64,000 bases of DNA from Hormiphora californensis. Its lineage: Eukaryota; Animalia; Ctenophora. The stretch spans positions 4,836,001 to 4,900,000 of the forward strand of contig CM035352.1 of assembly GCA_020137815.1 (NCBI GenBank), given 5' to 3'. Below, piece after piece: positions 26,132-38,179 of this stretch (the stretch's first letter is position 1; each line of letters opens with the position of its first letter). The notes beneath the pieces are model-generated. The model had not been told where the DNA came from. It did no database searches and saw only the letters and a program-made list of their open reading frames with translations. A program made the position numbers and the translations under genes.

Positions 26132-27942
26132 GGATGGGAGAGATAGAGAGAGGCAGAGAGATAAAGATAGAAAGATAGAAAGAGAGAGACCACCCCTACC
26201 TGTTCCAATCCGTCCACAGTGCTCTCCTGTTCCTCATCATCAACCCCAACATAGAGGGGTGCCTGCTGAAGGGAGATCCTGGCGAGATCCTCTACATTTC
26301 GGGTCTGGGTGGCTGAGAACAGCATACTCTGTCTCTTCACCGGTAACAACCTGATTATCTGCTTCATCTCTTCTTCAAAACCAACCTGGAGAGAGAGAAT
26401 TGGTAAATCGGTTTCTCTGTTATACCCCCATTTATTGGGGTGCGGAGAGAGAGAGAACTGAATAAGATAGAGATATTAGATAATAGAGCATCAGAGATCT
26501 TTTTTGATTAAAAACAGGCACTTACCTCCAGTATTCTGTCAGCTTCATCAATCACAAGACACTTCAGATTCCGGAAAACAAAGTTTCTGGTATTCTGGAG
26601 GTGATCCAATAATCTTCCTGGGGTGGCAATTAACAGGTTGATCCCCTTACTTAACTTCTCTACCTCTGTCTTTCTGTTAGCCCCTCCCATTATGATCCCA
26701 AAGGTGTGGGAGTGATACTTGAATAGGTCCCGAGCTACACCGTAAATCTATATGGAGAGAAAGGAGGGTTAGGACTGAGGAAGGGGGTTAGGACGGAGGT
26801 AGAGGGTTAAGACGAAGGTAGTGGGGTTAGGACGGAGGTAGAGGGTTACATAATCACCTAATTGATCAATTACCTAATTGACTAATTACCTGTAGTGCTA
26901 ATTCCCGTGTGGGGGAGATGATAATTACACCAGTCCCATTCCTCGGTTTAAACTTTAGCTTGTACAACAGCTCAACAGCGGGGAGGAGGAATGCCAAGGT
27001 TTTACCTGATCCGGTCTTGGCAGCACCAAGCAGATCCCTGAAACGAATTAGAAAAGGTGATAAGTTAGTCAAAAACAAGCAAACAAAGTTAGTTAATATT
27101 AAATATATTTAGGGAACAATAAACACGGTTCATAATTCAACTGACCTGCCCTTGAGTAGTGGTATCACCGTCTTGTGCTGAATCTGGGTCATATGCGTGA
27201 ATCCCATCTCCGTAATGGCCTTGGTCGATTTGTCAGAGATGTAGGGGGCTAGAGATTCAAAGGAGGTATCAGGGAGAGAATCAGGGGTGGTGGTGGTGTC
27301 AATAGTCGGTATTGCCTCCTTTCGGACAGTCTCCTCTTCTTCTTCCTCTGCTCCTTTTTCTCCCTCTGCTCCTTCATCTTCCTCCTCTGCTCCTTCAACA
27401 GCTTCATCTTCCTCCGGTTGTTGTTCTGTTACCTCTACTTCCTCCTCCTTGTTTTCCCCAGCAGGGGAACTAACTTCCTCGTCTACTACATCAGGGGGAC
27501 TAGTTACACCTTCCTCAACTGCAGGGCTGTCCTCAACTCCAGGGCTGTCCTCAACAGGGCTGTCCTCGACTGCAGCAGGAGCATCTCCAGAGGTACCAGC
27601 GGAAAAGGAAACTTCATCGTCAGGGATACTTGCTATCGAAATGTTACCAACCGAACTAGCTGAGGGGGGAGGGAAATGTTACCAACTGAACTAGCTGAGG
27701 GGAGAAAGAAGGGAAATGTCAAACGGCGGCGTGGAGGGGTCAGGGGTGTGGTATTGTTAGATATTGAGAGGATTTCGTTTCATTCCCATGCCATATATTT
27801 TGCAAACAACTTTACCGGTGCTTTTAGCTGATAGTCGTTTCTTTTTTAGTTTCTTCAGCTGCTTCAGTTCTGCAGCCTCCTCTGCCGTGACGTCATCCCC
27901 CTTGTTCTTTAGCTCCCTGAGCCGCGATGCACTGAACTTCAT
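24508..27942 (-). CDS. DDX18: DEAD-box RNA helicase DDX18 (Has1/Pitchoune), 9 exons
   Basis: Exons 27942-27816, 27659-27146, 27037-26890, 26747-26526, 26385-26200, 26058-25897, 25418-25266, 25083-24916, 24780-24508. Motifs: [59 protein letters not shown], and a Has1-type C-terminus ([16 protein letters not shown]). Confidence 0.95.
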
Positions 27943-28526
27943 CGACTAAACATATACGGGATAGGTCAGGGGAGTCGGATAATAAAGAGGGAGGGAAATA
28001 AGGGGGTAACGGGGGGTGGGGGTAACGTAATGGAAATCAGAGGTAGAGAGATAACAACAGATTAACAGAGGACTTGATAAATTAACAAAAATATCTATAA
28101 TTATACGATGATAAATGAGATACATGTGGACTTTAAAGGAAAATAAGACTGTTAAAAATATATCCAAATTCTTTATCACCTATCTTTCTCTCCTATCTTT
28201 ATCACCTATCTTTCTCTCCTATCTTTATCTCCTATTATCTTTCTCTTCTATTATCTTTCTCGAATCTCTCCATGGACCTGCAGGTACCAATCCGAAAATA
28301 TTCATAATTGCACCTACTCAATCACTATTGTATATCTCTCTCTCGAGCATTTCCATATCTCACTCCCTCTCTCTGCCTTTCTTTCCCTTTCTCTGTTTCT
28401 TTCTATCTCCCTCTCTTTGTTTCTCTCTATCTCTCTTTCTGTCGCCAACGGTTCATTTCTAGAAAACAAAATGATAATTATTCTCTGCATGGGATTGTGA
28501 TAAAAATGCTCAGCAATATGATCATA

Positions 28527-28961
28527 CAGGGTGTCCCATAATTATCAAACCAACTCCCAACTGGTTGCCTTGCTCAAATGTAAAGGAGGGTTAGAACATT
28601 ATGCTGCATTCTCGGAACATGCTCCTCTAACAATCTGCGCGTCTTTCACGTTTAGGTCGACCCAAACCCGGGTGTGAATGCTAACAACAGTGAAATTACA
28701 TGCGTGTGATGTAGTATATCGCATGTAATTTCACTGTTGTTAGCATTCACACCCGGGTTTGGGTCGACCTAAACGTGAAAGACGCGCAGATTGTTAGAGG
28801 AGCATGTTCCGAGAAAGGACCATAACAACCAATCGGTAGTAACGATAGTGTCAGACGTCAGCGAGGGATTTAAAAATTTACCCGTTTGTAATGTGTTAGG
28901 GATACCTCCTACCTAACATAAAAACAGACAAATTTATTCTCGATAATTATGGGACACCCTG
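28527..28961. mobile_element. Tc1/mariner-superfamily MITE with TA TSD and a perfect internal palindrome
   Basis: TA|CAGGGTGTCCCATAATTATC ... GATAATTATGGGACACCCTG|TA. Internal 96-bp arms at 28609-28704 and 28720-28815. Confidence 0.9.
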
Positions 28962-29546
28962 TATATTCTGTATACACACAGATATTATATTGCTGTATAA
29001 TATTATCTCTGTACACTGATAAAGAAATTCGCAGCCATCACACATTTAACCACACGGGGGAAATACTAGTGGGAGACACTACCGTGGTACAATCTTGGTT
29101 ACAAAATAAGCCCGACTAGGGCTAGCACGCTGACAAGGGAGGGGTAACTTCGTTACCGATGCACAATCCACATTTTATGATAACATGTATGTGGTGCACA
29201 TTTTGCCGTGTACCACGCTAGTGCCTCCTACTATTATACAGACACGCACAGCAGTTCATTTTGAGCACTCTTTCAACCCTTCCTTGGTGCCCCCATGTTG
29301 CCCCTTTTTTCACAGAGGCAGGTTTATATACCCCCCGGATATAATATATATTATGTATTCTCTCTGCTGGATCAATATATGATAATCAAAAGATCGCATA
29401 TAATATAACACATGAAGATATATATAATGGGCACCTTGCCAGCGTGCAGTGATAACATGTAATTAATCTGAAGCACACCTCTCATCACAGCTCAACCTGG
29501 TTTCCCCGAACGAAGGGATGTGATCATCCAACTCCGCCTCTCTCCC

Positions 29547-31210
29547 TCATCCAAAGCCTGAATGATCATCCAGGGAGGCTGGTTCCTGTTTCAACAAATC
29601 CAACATCTTCTCTCCCTGATCGCTGTTGTTATTGTTAGTCCTATGCAGCATCATCTGATCCAACTGCCGCTCTTGTTTAGCCTGTTCCTTTAATCTCACA
29701 GAACGTTTCACGTGCCGGTGATAATTGTTAAATTTAATTCGCAGGTCCTTCAAAATGCTCTGGAGGTTGTCACCGTAGAGACCAAACTTGGTCGTCAGAT
29801 GATTCTCGATGTATTTGTAACGCAGTGGATTCTTACTGACGAAACTCTTGAAATCGTCGCTAATGAACTCTTCACGGGATATTATCTCTCGACAGATGTT
29901 GAGGGCGAAATTTGACGGTTCTTTGCTTTTTCGGTAGACACAGTTGATCACTTCGTCGGGGAGGTACGCGGGAACTTGTAGATCTTTATCAGCACTTTGT
30001 CTTGATCCACCGCTGTTATTACTACCATTACCACCCCTGTCATTACCAATCATCACCTGGGGAGGGATTAATTAGATAATTACAAATTTGAGGGCCAATT
30101 AGCTAATTAGTTGATTCAGGAATTACTTCAAGAGTTTGTTGGAAGTTTTTAATTAATAATAATTAATAATATCCCTCAGCTGCAGCCTACTGTAAATCAA
30201 AACATCATCAAGTCAACATACCTTATCAAAATAGAGATTGTGATCTCCCTCCACAACATTAATTGCTTTACTAAGCATCTCACTGGTGTGTAGAGTCCCC
30301 GATTCATCTTCTCCGCCCAAACTGTGATCACTAGAAAGGGGAGGGGAATTAGATGTGGGGGAGGGGGTAACAAATAGGAGGGGTCAATAGATGGGTGGGG
30401 GGGGGGGTTACCATCATCCATCTATCATGAGGGGGGATACCATTAATACACCATTGCATTGTTACAAAAAACTGCTTCTATTGGCGCAAGAAACAGTTTG
30501 ACCATTACCTAAAGTTACTGTGGTTGAGGTGCTGCGAGAAGGTAGTGGGGATGGCATTGATAGCTTCCGCCAGAGCATCTTTCTCACTTGCAGAGGAATG
30601 GTATATCGTATACGTATTGTCTCCATCCGATTCGAGTGTGGGATTAGATAGGACCTGAAAATATAGTTCATTGAAAACTTTTCGCTCAACAAGTGGATTT
30701 CATGAAACTCTTTCTCAATCCCCGCACAATGCAAAAACGGACATAGCAACGGGGGCGGGGGATTGGGGAACAATAGCAACAGGGAGAGTTTGTTACTTTA
30801 ACTAAGAGAACAACAATCTCAACCCCGTACCTTGCTGGCTTCCTCCAGTATGTTCGTGGTTTGGGGTGACGATGTGCTACCGTATGTGAAATCATCTTTC
30901 TTGGGGGTACTCTGTTTAGGCCTGATTTCTGTGTGTTTGGATTTAGTTTTGTGCTGCTGCTGTTGGTTTGACTGTTGTTGCTGTTGCTGCTGAACACTGT
31001 TCACTGGTCCTACTATCTGCACCAGGTTCCCCTGTATACCCTGAATGAGCTGCTGAGGTACTGACAACATTTGAAGGGGCTGCTGCACCTGTAGAGATGG
31101 AGTTACAGTTAGATTACAATCTGTTGGGAATTGGGATTAATAAGTACTATCACTCATATTAATTACATATCCTCATGAACATACACACCCCCACATACCG
31201 TTGTGATCAT
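29547..31210 (-). CDS. BEN-domain protein with Gln-rich N-terminus, 5 coding exons
   Basis: Exons 31210-31199 (MITT), 31088-30831, 30654-30509, 30330-30222, 30056-29547, all phase-compatible. C-terminal SKEPSNFALNICREIISREEF...NPLRYKYIENHL...LRIKFNNYHR fits the BEN domain pattern. Confidence 0.72.
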
Positions 31211-31621
31211 ATAACTTGTTACTACGTATCATAGTGTTAGAGACCCGTACTGCGAAGCGCTGTCCAGAACAGAAAAACGGTGCCGACGCCGGAGCATACT
31301 GTAGCAGGCTTGAGAAGATGCCACACTAGGTTTATGACAGACGAACGGACAAACAGTGTCAACCCCTCCCAATGCACACTACAATCACTACCCTTATAAT
31401 CATTGCTAAATACTTCTGCCTGATAACACGTCTTCACAAAATCACTCTTAGTGATACATATGTCATAATTACTTCGTACGGTCATCCTAAACACACGTTT
31501 GCACGCCGGCCAACAACAGACTCTTCACTGATATCACTCGAAGTTAAGTTAAAGTAGCCTAACAGAGATCTAAAAGATTAGAGAATAATGCTAACACAGT
31601 TATCGATCGATTGACGCTCAA

Positions 31622-31653
31622 CTCAAATTAATTTTTAAAGTAAAAGTGTTGAA
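31622..31653 (-). other. Ctenophore spliced-leader (SL) exon-like sequence
   Basis: The minus strand reads TTCAACACTTTTACTTTAAAAATTAATTTGAG, very close to ctenophore SL exons as I recall them (...TTCAACACTACTTTAAACAAATTAATTTGAG). It abuts the N gap and is not followed by a GT donor. Confidence 0.7.
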
Positions 31654-31753
31654 NNNNNNNNNNNNNNNNNNNNNNNNNNNNNNNNNNNNNNNNNNNNNNN
31701 NNNNNNNNNNNNNNNNNNNNNNNNNNNNNNNNNNNNNNNNNNNNNNNNNNNNN
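31654..31753. other. Scaffold gap (100 N)
   Basis: Direct reading. Confidence 1.
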
Positions 31754-32591
31754 GACCAAACTGACCTGAGGGAGTCGTTTGCAAGCTGCACAAAGATCTG
31801 GTTTCGACTATCTCTGCTTTGGTCAAGCCTGTGGAGAATGGTAGAAGTGATATTGGTGGTGGAGGTGATCCAGAGGAACCGGTTACACCTACGATGAAAC
31901 ACTATGTGAATATTAAAACTGGCATCAATGAGGAAGGAGGGTCAGGATTCTGTGCGAAGAAGTGGACTGATGAGGTCAAACCCAAAGTGGAAACTGCGTT
32001 GAAGACGATACCGGTGGTGAGATCCAGAGTGAACAGTGACCATACTCGACTGTATTTCCCTAATGAGGACCAGATGAAGGAAGCGGAGAAGAGAAGAAAG
32101 TGTTGACTCCTCTTGCACAGGACTGCTCCATGTCATTCTTCTCAGAGGAGGCCAAGAAACTTGAACCAAAGGTGACGATTAATGATTTGAACCCTGAACT
32201 ACTGGAAAAGGAGACTATCCTGGCAGCGATTTTGGACAAAAATGAGGATATCAGAAAGCTTTATCATGAGGATAAGAAGTTGAAAGTGGTGTTTGTGAGC
32301 GAAAGAGACAGGTATGCAGTGATCCAGATGGCTCCAGAGATCCGGAGGCTTTTGTCTAACAACGGTGATAAACTCAACTTGGGTCTTCGACAACATTTTG
32401 TCAAGAACAGGTATCATGTGATTCAATGCTATCACTGTCAAGGATACGGACATATAGCAGGCTCGATCTACTGTCCTCAGAAGGAAAACCCTGTGTGCTG
32501 CTTTTGTGCTGGAACACACCAGACAAAGGACTGTAGGGCAAAGAAGAACAATGAGACTGGTAAGATGAAGTGTGTGAACTGTGCGGTTGGA

Positions 32592-32676
32592 TTGGTGACG
32601 CAGTCACCCTTACAACTCGCGCGCGTAGCGCGCGAAAACGAAGCCCGCGAAGCGGGCTGAGTGATGGCATCACCAA
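32592..32676. mobile_element. 85-bp non-autonomous element with 9-bp TSD (Mutator-like)
   Basis: TSD GCGGTTGGA at 32583-32591 and 32677-32685. Imperfect TIR TTGGTGACGCAGTCAC / GTGATGGCATCACCAA. Removing it restores the host ORF1 frame. Confidence 0.75.
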
Positions 32677-32708
32677 GCGGTTGGAGGATCAAGAGAGGTT
32701 GGAGGATC

Positions 32709-35700
32709 TTCTTCTTCTTCTTCTGGGAGGACGCTGGCTAGTGCGAAGCACTAGCCAGTAAGGGGTGGGTGCCATGAGGCTCCCGTTCCCCGTCCTGGGT
32801 GGTGTGGCTGGTATGTTGCCAACTGCTTCGGCCCAAGGAGACTTGGGGAGCTGGTGCCATACCAAGTCACAGGGGAAACCTCCCTTTAAGGGGTGGTTTC
32901 AGGGGGGTGAAGTATCTCCATCGCCTTCTTATAGAACGAGATCGTTTTTCTAAGGGGTTGATGGTGTCTAATTTCGTACATGCTGAGGCCCAGCCTGTCA
33001 AAGGATTCCTGTCGGAGTTTCCAAAGGGCGGGGCATTCAGTAAGTACATGCTTTATTGTCTCGTCTTCCATCCCACATGCTGCACAGGTTGTGGTCTCGA
33101 CTTTTTTTAATTTTTTCATGTGGTAGTTAAGGTGGCAGTGCCCTGTGAGTAGGTGTGTCGCCGCCCTTAGGTCTATTCTATTAAGTTTTTGAAGAGGTCT
33201 CTCATATCTTTCGGTCCACATCATGTCCATATGTTTGGTTTGTTTGATGGGTCCGGTTTTAACCTTCTCCCTGAGGGCTGCATAGGCTGCCGCTTTGGGA
33301 ATTGGTATGAGAGTAACTTCTTCGATTTCCTGAGCACCCCTTTTTGCCAAGATGTCTGCTATTTCGTTTCCATCGTACCCTTGATGGGCCGGGATCCATC
33401 TAATCATGACATCGTTGAATATGGCCAGGGTGTTCAGGTTTTTGATAGTCTTTATCGTGGTTTTTGATCTGCATGTCGTGGAGTCTAGGGTCTTTATTGT
33501 CCCTTGACTGTCACAGTTTATGAGTATTCGCTCGTTAGCTGTTCCCCTATCCAGGAGATATTGAGCCGTCTGTTGTATGGCATACATTTCTGCCGCCGGG
33601 ACAGTTCCTTCGGGGCCTAGGTTATACGAATTTCGAGCTAGCTCATTTTCGCCAGAGTGGATAATGTATCCTGCACCGGCATTGTTGTTAATTTTTGACC
33701 CATCAGTGTGTGCAACTATCGTGTACTTGTCTCCATCCTCCAAAAACGTCTCCCTTTCTGGGATCTCTAACGAGAATTCCCTGTCTAGGGTGAGTTCCGG
33801 GGTTGTGAGATCGTGACATCTGCCCTCTGCTTCCAGAGTTCTGAGATCACGTGATACCGTGTTGGCATGCGAAGTGAACACTTTTGGGGTCTTTAGGTCT
33901 GATTTTATTGGCCCTTCCCATTCTCCCGTTGCCATTAGGGTGTATGCAGTTTTGGCTGCACAGTACCTCAGATGGTCGGTGATCGGGGCGGTGTTTGTGA
34001 TTGTGTCTAGGGCTGTTGATGGCGTCGAGGGCATGGCCCCAGTTACCATCTTGAGTGCTAGCCTCTGTACCCTTATCATGTTTTCTTTGTTTGTTTTGGT
34101 TCGCATTGCATTAGCCCAGACCATTGCCCCGTAGCATAAGGTGGGTCTCACTATTGCAGTGTATATCCATAGGGCCGTTTTAGGGTTTAGTCCCCACGTG
34201 GGTCCCACCACTTTACGGCACTGCATCAGGATATTTTTTGCTTTTTTTATTTGTTTGTTTACGTGCTCGTTCCAGTTCAGTTTGCTGTCAAGGGTAATCC
34301 CTAGAAACTTCGTGGATTCGGACACTTTGATAGGGTTACCCTGAATTTTGATCGGGTTTCCAATTTTCACATTTTTTCGATGGGTGAATATGACTACATG
34401 CGATTTCAGGGCACTTAGTTTGAGCCCTACTGTCTTACACCAGGCGTTTATGGAATTAAGCCCCTTCTGGGTCGCGTCCCTTAGAGGGAGTATGTCCGCA
34501 GAGGGTCCATTTCTTCCGGAGGGCATTGTGGTTGCTACTATATGACATAAGTCATCCGCAAAGCCCTGTAGTTCACCTGGTATATTCTTTTTGCTATGGT
34601 TTAGTAGATCGTCCATTACCAGGTTCCATAGGAACGGGGAAAGTATTCCTCCCTGGGGACAACCCCGGGTGGCTCTTATAGTAAGGGACTCTTCCATTAG
34701 GTTCGTGGTTATTTCGCGGTTTGAGATCATGTAGGTGATCCAGACCGCTGTTCTTTTGTCGCGTAGCTTTGCATGAAGGGCTCTTTCCATAGCTTGGAAT
34801 GCCACATTATCGAAGGCTCCCTCGATGTCCAAGAACGTACCCAGGGCAATTCCCTTGTGCATGAGGGTGCCTTCGAGTTTGCGTACTACTTTATGGAGGG
34901 CTGTTTCTGTTGAAACGCCTCTTCTAAATCCATATTGCGACTTGTTTAATTTTTTGTGTACTTTTTGGTCTACCTCAATGTGCCATAGAATTAACCGTTC
35001 CATGAGTTTGTGGAGGTTTGACGCAAGGGTTATTGTTCGGTATGATTTAGGCATACGATAGTCATCCTTTCCTGGCTTGGGCAGGTAGATGGCTTCTGCT
35101 TCCTGCCAGGATTTGGGGGTTACCCCTAGACTGTACGATGCCTTAGCTATCTTTGCAAATGGTTCAGCAATAATGTCTGCTACTTTTTGCATCATGATGG
35201 GCCTGATGCCATCCGGCCCAGCAGCTGTTAAGGGTTTTAAATTCCCTCAGCGCCTTGATGATACGTGTTTTCGAGAATGTTTTTTCATCAGACCACTCCC
35301 CTTCTGGGGCTTCAGTTTTGTCCTTGAGGGAGGGTCTAGTTGAGTGGTCCTCGCCAAAGTGAACCTCTGCCATTATCTGGAGGGTTTTCTTTAGGGGACT
35401 GTGATAGTTCACCATTTGCGTCAAAGATACAGCTGAGATTATAATCTTTACTGTTCTTGAGCACTTGGCTAACCTTCTGGGCATCTGAATATGCATCGAG
35501 ATCTTCAGCCCATATTTTCCAGTTTTTAAATTTAGACTGGTTTTTGGTTTTTGTGTATTTGTTTCGAGCTGCTTTTGCTGAGTCCCAGTCCTGATGCACT
35601 TTCGTGGTCTGGGCGTGTCTCAGTTTATCAAACATTTCTTCCCTAGCTGCCTTGACCTCCCCACTGAGCCACGGGGGGTCTTTGGAGTGGGCGGAAACGT

Positions 35701-37570
35701 ATGTTTTTGGGGTACACTTGTAGTATGCCCACAGCATCAGTTCTATTAGTTTTTCGTTGGCTGTTTCAAGTTCTTCGGCATTTGATATTACCATTTCTGT
35801 CAGTCCTGTTTCTTCTAGGCCCTTTTCCACAAGTTGTCTATATAGGGCCCAGTTTGTTTTCTTAATATTGTAGAATGAGCGGATCTTGCTACCGTCCATG
35901 TCCCTCAACACAAATGTGATGGGTACGTGGTCGGATCTGCATTTTCCTTCTACTGTCTGCCAGTCTTGTATCATGTCCAGTGCATGGTTGTTGGTCATGG
36001 TAAGATCTAGCACATTTTTTCTTGTTCCATTGTCGAAAGTGTGGGGGCAATTCACGTTCGAGACATGCAGATCAAGATCTACAATCGCATCTAATAGTGC
36101 ATCTCCCCTCTTCTTTCCAATAGGATCTTTAACCAGTGCCCCCCAACTAGTGTTGTGGGCGTTGGTATCAGATCCAATTACTAGTTTCAGGTTATTTCTT
36201 TTTGCGTGGGCTGCCAACTCTCCTAGTAATTTAGGAGGGCATTCTAGCTCTCTGTCCATGTACATTGAGCATAAAATGACTGATTTGGTGCCCAGTTTGA
36301 CAAGGATAGTGACTGTGTCCCTGTCAGTGAATTTGTCAAGGAGAAATACGTTCCTCCCTAGGTTACTATTGATTAAGATGCTCGCACGTGGTCTCTGAGC
36401 CCTTTTGTCATATAGGGCAGAGAATCCTCCGCTGGCTCTAACTTTAGATGTTTTCCCTATAATAGGTGGTTCTTGGGCTAGGATAATTTGTGATCGTGTT
36501 TGGTTACAGGTGATTATGTCATCCCATGCTTCATGACTTTTATGGAGGTTAATTTGTGTTACTCTGATGTTTTTACTTATTTTCTTGGCTGCTGAGGGTC
36601 CTGGAGGCGGCCCTAGACTTTGCTGCCCCTCCTTCTGGGGTGGGGGCGGCAGATTGTCTTGGGCTCCGCGGGCAGTGTTGGACCTCCCTGTCCCTTCCTT
36701 TCGGAGGGTCATTTGGATTCCACCTGCACTATTCGGGGCTGCGATTTGACTCTTCTGCCCTTTCCCTGTCGCTACACTGCCCGAATCTCCATCATTTAGA
36801 AGGTCAGCTTTCTCTTACGGGCGATAGTCCCGTTTTACAGGGGCTGGTGCCCTCATGTAATGGAGGGTGCTCCCCGGATAGAGGGTGCTCCCTGGAGGGC
36901 CCTCCTGGGATGGGGGCCCTGTGCGGAGTTGCTGAGAGTCCTCTAGCTATTTGGGGGAGATAAGGGTAGTGAGAGTCCTCACTTAGATGGTTTGTGAAGG
37001 TAATATAATTCTCCATATAGCATGGGATTATGGCGGGTCAGTAATGATATGCCCCGTTGTTTTAAAAGGGAAAGAAGAGACGCCTCGTGACCACGGAATT
37101 AAGGCCCCGTGGCCTGGGGGTCGGCGAATTACACACCCTATTGGCCTATATATTGGTTCTTTAGTTAGGTTATGTAAGGTCGGGAGCAAGGGTAGCCCAT
37201 TTGATTTGGGCATCCCTGTAGTTGCCCCGTCCCAAAACTTGGCTCTGGTAGTTACAGGGGAACGTAAAAGAGCCCCTGGGTAATAATATAATGAAGTGTT
37301 TAACTCCGGTCTCTGCTGGTTTTCTACCATTGTACCTGGAGTGAATTTATTAGTAGTTTGGAATTTTTGAATCTTGATTAAGAGGTTGGGTTAGTCCATG
37401 TTAGATGGAGAGACCCATTACAGGGGGTGTGTGGTTTGTCCCCTGGGTATGCTCTCCAGAGAGATGGAGTCTTTAGACACTATCGCTAGCTACATCCCTT
37501 TTAGTAGGGTTGTGCTAGACGTTAGCCCCGGCCCGCACTCCATCAGGCGTAGGAAGGAATCTCACCCTCC
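32709..37570 (-). mobile_element. Apparently full-length non-LTR retrotransposon with APE + RT + RNase H + CCHC (LOA/R1/Tad1-like), ~4.9 kb, (GAA)n tail
   Basis: ORF 35336-36712: VTQINLHK, AQEP, GSDTNAH, LDLT, SDH. ORF 32886-35195: YRTITL, QYGFR, FLDIEGAFD, GCPQGGILSP, FADD, KFLG, RNase H HTDGSK/AEMYAI/DSQ/WIPAH..GNEIAD, CAAC...H...C. Frameshifts at ~35200-35400. TSD AGGTTGGAGGATC at 32696-32708 and 37571-37583. Confidence 0.92.
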
Positions 37571-38179
37571 AGGTTGGAGGATCAAGAGAGGACAAGAAGT
37601 ATGCGAGGACCCATACAGCTTCTAGTATGTGGTGTCCCTCGTACATCAATGAACGAGCACGGCTTATGGAGAGGACCTCAGGTGTAAGCAAAGAAGAAAA
37701 AAACCTGTACTGGACGAGGACAAAGGAGGAACTACACAGGAAAAGACTTGGAAGATTGGGACACTAAATGTCCGCTCTCTCATTAACAAAACTGGAGGAG
37801 TTATTTCGCATCTGGAAGAGGAGGATTGTGATATTTGTCTTATACAGGAAACATTTTTGAAATCAACAGACACCGGAAAACTTCAAGAAATCAGAGATAA
37901 TGGATGGGATATTTTCTCGTGCCCCAGAGGAGACAGAGGAGGTGGAGGAATTGGAATCCTTTTTAGAGATGGCATAGTTCTTCGACAGTGTCCGGTGAAG
38001 ACTAAGTATAAGTCTTTAATAAAAGAGCAGTGCAGTGAGAGATCAACCGAGAGATTGTAATGGTTCTACCGACCTCGTACACACCAGATGTCAGGGATTA
38101 GACTGAAGCAAGTATACAGTTTTCAGGAGTTCATGGGCCTGATACACTGACATCGAGTCTCGGAAGAGAATCTTGTTAA

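Larger units (their letters stand above)
31754..38160 (+). mobile_element. CR1/L2-group LINE (ORF1 with three zinc knuckles and start of ORF2 endonuclease), interrupted by two insertions
   Basis: ORF1 QCYHCQGYGH..C, CCFCAGTH...C, KCVNC (to ~32590) resumes at ~37590 as ...THTASSMWCPSY. ORF2 APE motifs IGTLNVRSL, DICLIQETFL and RGGGGIGILFR lie at ~37750-37970. Confidence 0.85.

Noticed and set aside
31237-31494. 85-aa minus ORF faintly resembling a LINE endonuclease (YDICITKS)
   Set aside because: Catalytic residues are absent; the region is better explained as the BEN gene 5' UTR.
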